From NCBI GenBank assembly GCA_037200965.1, contig JBBCGK010000001.1, positions 704,001-768,000 of the forward strand: a stretch of DNA of 64,000 nt, read 5' to 3'. Of this stretch, positions 58,201 to 64,000 are shown one piece after another (within the stretch, counting starts at the first letter, position 1; every line of letters begins with the position of its first letter). Under the pieces are notes generated by a model. It worked only from the letters and a program-made list of their open reading frames with translations, made no database searches and was not told where the DNA came from. Origin of the DNA: a bacterium (lineage in GTDB: Bacteria > Patescibacteriota > Minisyncoccia > Phycocordibacterales > Phycocordibacteraceae). The translations under genes were made by a program, and so were the position numbers.

Positions 58201-58896
58201 TCATTTCGTTCCGGTAACGATAAGCGCATACGGCTGGACGCTTGCCATCCGCAGAATCGCGACTTCGTCCTCGTCGCGTGCGGTTTCGAGCAGGCTGGTG
58301 AGCGCGCTTCGCGGCGCGGTTACGGGAAGAGCGCGTGCGTTTAAGAAGCCGCATGCGCCGAAGAGTTTTTCAAGACTCTCTTTCGGACGCGGGTAAAGCC
58401 GAAACGCTTCCCCGAGCGTCGAGAACGTTAGCCCGCCCGGCACTTCGTTCAAAGCGAAGAAGCATGCGGCAAGGACCGTACCTCCGGGGCGTAGCACGCG
58501 CCACTGCTCCGCAACCGCGGCTCCTTGTTCCTCGTACGGCAGGTAGTTGAGCGAATGGAAAGAAACCGCCGCATCGAAGGACTGGTCGGCATAGGGAAGC
58601 GCGAGCATCGAACCTTCCATAAGCGGGAGCCCGCGCGCCGTTCCGCGCGCGATGAAGCTTGGCGAGAGGTCGATGCCGCGGCAGATGGCCCCCGTTTTTT
58701 CGAGCGCCTCGACGAGACCGCCCGAACCGCAGCCGACATCGAGCAACGTTTTTCCGGCAAGCGAACCGAGCCGTTCCGTAAGCATGGCCGCGATATCCGG
58801 ATACGCGATCCTGTCCTTGAACGCCGCGGTCTGCCGGTCGTAGCGTTCTCCCGCGCGCTCGTAGGCATCAAGCGCGTCTTGTTCATATGCACGCAT
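58201..58896 (-). CDS. class I SAM-dependent methyltransferase
   Basis: Motif I LLDVGCGSGGL and post-I acidic residue GIDLS. Length 231 aa. Confidence 0.8.
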   Translation of the reverse strand: MRAYEQDALDAYERAGERYDRQTAAFKDRIAYPDIAAMLTERLGSLAGKTLLDVGCGSGGLVEALEKTGAICRGIDLSPSFIARGTARGLPLMEGSMLALPYADQSFDAAVSFHSLNYLPYEEQGAAVAEQWRVLRPGGTVLAACFFALNEVPGGLTFSTLGEAFRLYPRPKESLEKLFGACGFLNARALPVTAPRSALTSLLETARDEDEVAILRMASVQPYALIVTGTK

Positions 58897-59007
58897 CGCA
58901 CATCACTCCTCAGGTTTGGATGGTGAACAATCTGCTCCAAGCCTATGCAGTGCGGCATGAAGAAAACGTGCGCTTCGAATGAGGCGTGCGTAAAGTTCCG
59001 TTCAATA

Positions 59008-59679
59008 TCAGCGCGCTTCGATCTTGTAGCCTCTGCCGGGCACGGTGCGGATGAGCCGGTCCTTTCCGGTGTCGCCGATTTTCTTCCGGAGGCTCAGGAT
59101 GTGCGATTCGATGGTGTTCGAGAAGATGTCGATATTCATGTCCCAGACATGCTCGAGGATCATGCCGCGGGAGAGCACGATGCCTTCGTTTTTCATGAGG
59201 TATTCGAGCAGCATAAACTCCTTGCGCGTGAGGGTGATCGATTTCTTCCCGCGCGTCACCGTGCAGCCCTTGGTGTCGAGCGTCAGGTCTTCCACCCTGA
59301 GGACTTCCTTTTCGATGGCCGCCGGACGCCGCAGAAGCGCGCGGATACGGGCTAGAAGTTCCTCGAGCGCGAAAGGCTTTGCGAGATAATCGTCCGCCCC
59401 GGCATTCAGAAGGGCGATTTTCCGGGTCGTGTCGGTTTTGACCGAGACCACGAGTATCGGCATGGTCTTGCCGCTCGCGCGTATCTCGGTGCATACCTGG
59501 AGCCCTTCCTTCTTCGGCAGCATGTTGTCGAGCACGACGAGATCGTAGTCGTTTATCCGGCCGAGATACGAACCTTTCTCGCCGTCTTCGGCGATGTCGA
59601 CCGCGAAATACTCGGACTCGAGCGAGTCCTTGAGAAAGCGGGCTATTTTCGGTTCATCTTCGACAACGAGTATTCTCAT
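59008..59679 (-). CDS. OmpR-family two-component response regulator
   Basis: Receiver (MRILVVEDE...DLVVLDNMLP) plus a C-terminal winged-helix trans_reg_C (LTRKEFMLLEYL...GYKI). Confidence 0.9.
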   Translation of the reverse strand: MRILVVEDEPKIARFLKDSLESEYFAVDIAEDGEKGSYLGRINDYDLVVLDNMLPKKEGLQVCTEIRASGKTMPILVVSVKTDTTRKIALLNAGADDYLAKPFALEELLARIRALLRRPAAIEKEVLRVEDLTLDTKGCTVTRGKKSITLTRKEFMLLEYLMKNEGIVLSRGMILEHVWDMNIDIFSNTIESHILSLRKKIGDTGKDRLIRTVPGRGYKIEAR

Positions 59680-60025
59680 GCCAGGAGGTAGTTAGGTCCC
59701 GTCTTCCTCTTTATCTCGCCATCATCAGACATTGGATAGTATTTTATCACGGCGACGGTACGCTTCATATCGCCCGCTGCGTTTACGCCTCGTTTATGCG
59801 CTGATACCGGGCTCGCTCGCGCAACACCTGCCTCGAAAGAGGACGGATAGAAGCGAGCCCGATATCACCGCGCAAGCGACGCATACTCGTACCATATAGT
59901 CCGCGTTCTCCTATGGCAACTCTTAATGGTGTGGACTCGCGTATTCGCGCTCGCCGTCCTGCTATACTGAAAACCGTTCTGGTGTTGCGTACCAGCTCTA
60001 TTCCGGAGAACGGCATCCGTCGTTC

Positions 60026-63000
60026 ATGCTCTTCCTCCTTGTACGCACACTCATAAGACCGCATACGTCCCTTCGCGCCTTTCCTTCCTTGGCAGGGAAG
60101 GGCTTCCTGTTCTTGTTCGTGCTTTGGTCCTGTTCGATAAGCGCGCTGCCTGCATACGCGGCATGGGACGGACAGCCCTATGCGCCGGGCGCAACGCTTG
60201 ACCCGGAGTGCGGGCCGAGCGACTCTAATTGCAAGACGCTTGCGAGCGCGGACGCGACGACGCTTGAAGGCAGGTCCGGAAGCTATTACCTTGCCAACTC
60301 CTTCTCGACGACCTCGGCCGCGTATTTCCTTTCTGACAATCCGGGGCTCTCGTTCGCGACCACCAGTTCTGACTATTGGCTCGCGCATCGGTCCACGTCC
60401 GACCTTCCGGAAGGCTCGCGCCTCTACTACACCGATGCCCGCGCGGACGCGCGCATTCTTGCGACAACTACTCTTGCGAATATCATCTCGCTTCCGGGCT
60501 TGTCTTTGTCCGCGTCGCAGCTTACTGGCTTCGGTATTCCTTTCTACAATTTCTTTCACGCGACGACGACCGATGCGCTCGCGGAAGGTTCCCTGCATCG
60601 CTACTACAGCGACGTGCTCGCCCGCGGAGCGCTTGGCGTATCTGCCGGGGCTCTCGCGTATGACAGCGGCACGGGAATCCTTTCGGTTGCGGGCGGATAT
60701 ACGATTCCTTTATCAGCGTCCACGACGGAGTGGGGCGAGGCATATGACAACCGCATCACGTCGGCCTCGGCGCCTCTCACGATCGCGAACCGCGAGATAA
60801 GCCTCGGCATTGTTGATGCGGGGCACGGCGGCACCGGCCTCGCCTCGTACAATCCGGGCGCACTTCTGTATGCCGATGCCGACGGAAACCTCACGACGCT
60901 TTCGCCCGGTTCTTCCGGTACCGTGCTTAAGATCGCGGGCGGCGTCCCGACCTGGGGCACGGATCTTTCAAGCGGCGGCGGGGGAGGAGCCGTAGCCTGG
61001 GCGACGACATCCGACAGCCTCGCGATCTATCCGATGGACAGCACGAACGTCGTCATCGTGGGCGCAAGCGCGACATCGTCGGCGACGAGCGTCTTTGAAG
61101 TGCACGGGAGGTCGTATTTCACGACCAATGTCGGCATCGGCACGACTTCTCCGCTCTCGGCGCTTTCCGTCGCGGGGAGCGGCTTCTTCACCGGCAACCT
61201 GACTTCGGCCAATATCACCGCCACCGGAACGCTTTCAGTCTCGGGTGCTGGCACGTCGACGTTTGCCGGGCCGTTCTTAGCAGGGAATCTTGCGGTCGCC
61301 GGACTTCCCGCGGGCCTTATAAAGGCCGGGGCGGGCGGGTATCTCCGGGGCGCCGTCGCGGGAACGGATTATTTCGATCCTGCCGCGTTCGGTTCAACTT
61401 TCTATTCTTTTTTTCACGCGACGACGACCGATGCGCTTGCCGAAGGTTCGGTGCATAAGTATTGGAGCGATACGCTCTTCGACAACCGCCTCTCCGCGAC
61501 CACGTCGCTTCCGGGCCTCTCTTCCATCGGTTCGTATACCGGGCTCATCGGCGCGAACAACGGTTCCATGTACCAAATCGCCACTTCGACCAACTTCGTG
61601 ACATCGATCGCGGCCGCATACCCGCTCTCCGTTTCCGGACCAGCCGGGGCGGTGACAATCTCGACCGCGCTCGCTACCACCACATTCCAGCACTCATACG
61701 GTTCCGCGCAGATCGGACAAATCATCCTTGCCACTTCAAGCGCGGCAACGAGTAACGGCATCACGGTGGGGCAGACCATCACGAACTCCGGCGGCGTCTT
61801 CACGTTCGCTCCGGCGGTATCCGTATCGAACATCCCCAATGCCGCCCTGCAGAATTCCGCCGTCACCGTCAACGGCACCCTGATCCCGCTTGGCGGCTCG
61901 GGTACTGTCGCCGCCGCTTCTTCCACGCTCCTTGGAGATAACAATACTTTCTCGGGCGGCAATACGTTTTTGAGCACCATCACCGGCTCCGTTTCTGGCA
62001 ATGCCGGCACCGTTACGAACGGCGTATACACGACTACTTTCGGCGGCCTTTTCGACAACCGCCTCTCCGCGACCACGTCGCTTCCGGGCCTTACGGCGGT
62101 TTCGTCCGGCCTCACGGGCGTCCTTAAGGCGGCGGCGGGCTCTCTCTCGGCGGCGGCACCGGGGATCGATTTCGAAAATCCGCTTTCGTTCCTCTATCCG
62201 CTCGCGCGCACCGCAAACAGCGTAAGCCTTGCCTTCGGGACGACAACTTCAAACACTTGGGGAGGAACCCAGACTTTCACCAACAACCCGATACTCGGCA
62301 CTCTCACCGGTCTCTTCTACGGAAACAACGGATCGCTTGCGGCGACGGCGACATCCTCCGTCACCAGCGGCACCGGCATCGGCTTTTCAGGCACGCCGGG
62401 AGCGCTTGTCGGCGGTACTCCGCTTACGATTACGAATACCGGCGTGACGTCGAATATTGCCGGGACCGGCATCAGCGTCTCGGGCGCGACCGGCGCCGTT
62501 ACGATAAGCGCGGCGAACGTGCCGAACAGCGCGCTTGAGAACTCGACGATCGGGCTTGCTTCGGGCGACTCCTCCCTTACGGTTTCCGGCTCGCCCGCCT
62601 CTCTTGGAGGCTCGCTTTCCGCCTCCCTTAACACCGCGCATCCGAATACGTTCACCGCGCTTCAGCAATTCAGCGCAAATGCGTCGACGACGGGAATCTC
62701 TTCTTCGTATGCGTCCTCGACCAAAGCCTTCCTTGGAAGCCTGTCGATAGGGAATCTGACCGGCATCCTGCGCGCGGCCGGGGGTGCCGTATCGGCCTCG
62801 CTCGTGTCCCTCGCTTCCGACGTGACCGGAGTGCTCGGCGTTATAAACGGCGGGACGGGATGGGATTCGATACAGTCCGGCAGCATCCCGTACGGAAACG
62901 GCGCCGGGGCGCTCGCCACCACGAGCCCGGGAACCAACGGGCAGACGCTCGCGCTTGTCGCCGGAGTTCCGGCCTGGATCGCGACGACAACCGCGGGCAC

Positions 63001-64000
63001 CGGCCTTACGTATTCCGGCGGCAGCTTCAATGTGAATACGGCGCAGAATGTCGCGAAGCTTTCGAACCTCACGGGGAACGGATTCGTCAAAACTATAAAC
63101 GGCGACGGCACGCTTTCGGTCGATACCAATACCTACCTCGCCTCCATTGGTCCCGCAGGACAAAGCCAGAGCGGTCCTGCGGTCGCCATTGCCTCCTCGA
63201 CCGATTCTGCGACCGGCCTTATCTCGGGCGTCGTGATAACCGGAAGCGCGAATACGCTTACCTGGAAGGCCGTGCTCTCCGGCGTCTTGAGTGCCGCAAA
63301 CGGCGGCACCGGATCGACGACGCTTTCGGGAATCCTCAAAGGAAACGGCACGGGAGTGCTTATGACCGCGGTTCCGGGAACCGACTATCAGGCGGCGGGG
63401 AACTATCTCACCGCGCTTACCGGTGACATCTCCGCGTCGGGTCCGGGTTCCGCCGCCGCGACGCTCGCGACCGTGAACGCGGATACGGGGTCGTTCGGGG
63501 GTTCGACCGCCATCCCGACTTTTGTCGTAAACGGGAAAGGGCTCGTCACATCCGCGGGCACCGCGGCGGTTATCGCGCCCGCGGGAACGCTCACCGGAAC
63601 CGTACTTGCTTCGAACATCCTCGCTTCTTCGCTTACATCCGTCGGAACGCTCGGCACGCTCTCCGTTTCCGGCCAGGCTTCGCTTGCGGGCGCGAGCTCG
63701 ACCGCCTTTTCCTCGTCCTATGCGTCTTCGACCAGTGCGTTCTTCGGAAACCTGTCCGTCGGAAGTCTTTCGGGAATACTGCGCGCGACCGCCGGAGCGG
63801 TCTCCGCGGGCGCGGTGAATCTTGCCTCGGAAATATCCGGGATGCTCGGCGTCGCAAACGGCGGCACGGGCGCGGGCTCGTTTGCGGCAGGCTCCCTCAT
63901 CTACGGAAACGGTACGGGCCCGCTTCAGAGCGCCGCGACCTCGTCCGTTTCAAACGGCGCTGGCATCTCGGTCTCGGGCGCCGCCGCCGTGGTCGGGAGC
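60026..64000 (+). CDS. giant (>1,320 aa) secreted Gly/Thr/Ser/Ala-rich repetitive surface protein, 3'-partial (runs off window)
   Basis: The open frame runs from the in-frame stop at 59924-59926 to the window end. First ATG is 60026, with a signal-peptide-like N-terminus (…FLFLFVLWSCSISALPAYA|AWDG). Internal protein repeats: FFHATTTDALAEGS(L/V)H(R/K)Y(Y/W)SD x2, FDNRLSATTSLPGL x2, ...SSSYASST.AF.G.LS.G.L.GILRA..GAVSA....LAS...G.LGV.NGGTG x2. It is missing from the ORF track because no stop lies within the window. Confidence 0.75.
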   Translation, partial: MLFLLVRTLIRPHTSLRAFPSLAGKGFLFLFVLWSCSISALPAYAAWDGQPYAPGATLDPECGPSDSNCKTLASADATTLEGRSGSYYLANSFSTTSAAYFLSDNPGLSFATTSSDYWLAHRSTSDLPEGSRLYYTDARADARILATTTLANIISLPGLSLSASQLTGFGIPFYNFFHATTTDALAEGSLHRYYSDVLARGALGVSAGALAYDSGTGILSVAGGYTIPLSASTTEWGEAYDNRITSASAPLTIANREISLGIVDAGHGGTGLASYNPGALLYADADGNLTTLSPGSSGTVLKIAGGVPTWGTDLSSGGGGGAVAWATTSDSLAIYPMDSTNVVIVGASATSSATSVFEVHGRSYFTTNVGIGTTSPLSALSVAGSGFFTGNLTSANITATGTLSVSGAGTSTFAGPFLAGNLAVAGLPAGLIKAGAGGYLRGAVAGTDYFDPAAFGSTFYSFFHATTTDALAEGSVHKYWSDTLFDNRLSATTSLPGLSSIGSYTGLIGANNGSMYQIATSTNFVTSIAAAYPLSVSGPAGAVTISTALATTTFQHSYGSAQIGQIILATSSAATSNGITVGQTITNSGGVFTFAPAVSVSNIPNAALQNSAVTVNGTLIPLGGSGTVAAASSTLLGDNNTFSGGNTFLSTITGSVSGNAGTVTNGVYTTTFGGLFDNRLSATTSLPGLTAVSSGLTGVLKAAAGSLSAAAPGIDFENPLSFLYPLARTANSVSLAFGTTTSNTWGGTQTFTNNPILGTLTGLFYGNNGSLAATATSSVTSGTGIGFSGTPGALVGGTPLTITNTGVTSNIAGTGISVSGATGAVTISAANVPNSALENSTIGLASGDSSLTVSGSPASLGGSLSASLNTAHPNTFTALQQFSANASTTGISSSYASSTKAFLGSLSIGNLTGILRAAGGAVSASLVSLASDVTGVLGVINGGTGWDSIQSGSIPYGNGAGALATTSPGTNGQTLALVAGVPAWIATTTAGTGLTYSGGSFNVNTAQNVAKLSNLTGNGFVKTINGDGTLSVDTNTYLASIGPAGQSQSGPAVAIASSTDSATGLISGVVITGSANTLTWKAVLSGVLSAANGGTGSTTLSGILKGNGTGVLMTAVPGTDYQAAGNYLTALTGDISASGPGSAAATLATVNADTGSFGGSTAIPTFVVNGKGLVTSAGTAAVIAPAGTLTGTVLASNILASSLTSVGTLGTLSVSGQASLAGASSTAFSSSYASSTSAFFGNLSVGSLSGILRATAGAVSAGAVNLASEISGMLGVANGGTGAGSFAAGSLIYGNGTGPLQSAATSSVSNGAGISVSGAAAVVGS

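Noticed and set aside
60180-63900. Dozens of 60-270-aa ORFs on both strands in the last 4 kb (e.g. 61414..62115 -, 62387..63163 -).
   Set aside because: They are explained by a single long plus-strand frame with internal protein repeats that runs off the window. The listed ORFs are out-of-frame or antisense pieces with R/P-rich composition.

Overview
This 64-kb window is from a GC-rich (~60%) bacterial genome. The gene content (small malic enzyme, a compact type IV pilus/competence cluster, tRNA introns, many R-rich antisense pseudo-ORFs) is typical of a CPR/Patescibacteria-like organism; that placement is inference. The core genes are recognisable: ftsH, smpB with a one-piece tmRNA (ssrA), recG, nfi, ligA, gatCA, TspO, comF, and a contiguous pilM-N-O-(pilP-like)-pilB-(response regulator)-pilT-pilC-pilin-pilD-4x minor pilin cluster.

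There are three tRNAs: tRNA-Ser(GCU), a tRNA with anticodon read as UAU, and a tRNA(CAU) whose anticodon loop is split by a ~220-nt group I intron. There are two insertion sequences (IS30-family and IS1595-family) plus a solo IS30 inverted-repeat remnant.

Two AT-rich accessory islands stand out.
(i) An island at ~1.4-8.15 kb abuts the 3' end of ssrA. It encodes two unusual fusion proteins: a DUF4062/NDT-TIR-fold domain fused to a SAM methyltransferase, and a LOG/SLOG-fold domain fused to an NPPFH-type methyltransferase. It also carries a GNAT, an SRPBCC protein, a TrmB-like regulator, two P-loop kinase-like proteins and a ~150-nt intergenic repeat present twice.
(ii) An island sits immediately 3' of tRNA-Ser and is capped by the IS30. 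It carries a translationally coupled three-gene operon: an NPPF (EcoRI-like) DNA methyltransferase, a DUF262(DGQQR)+HNH nuclease, and a small single-TM protein. This is my best candidate for an undescribed defence system.

Other notable loci: an RR / MTase / E1-like(ThiF/MccB-like) / GNAT-like? / HK block; a SET-domain protein; and a >1,320-aa repetitive secreted protein that runs off the 3' window edge and is therefore absent from the complete-ORF track. I could not run any searches; all family calls rest on motifs read by eye.
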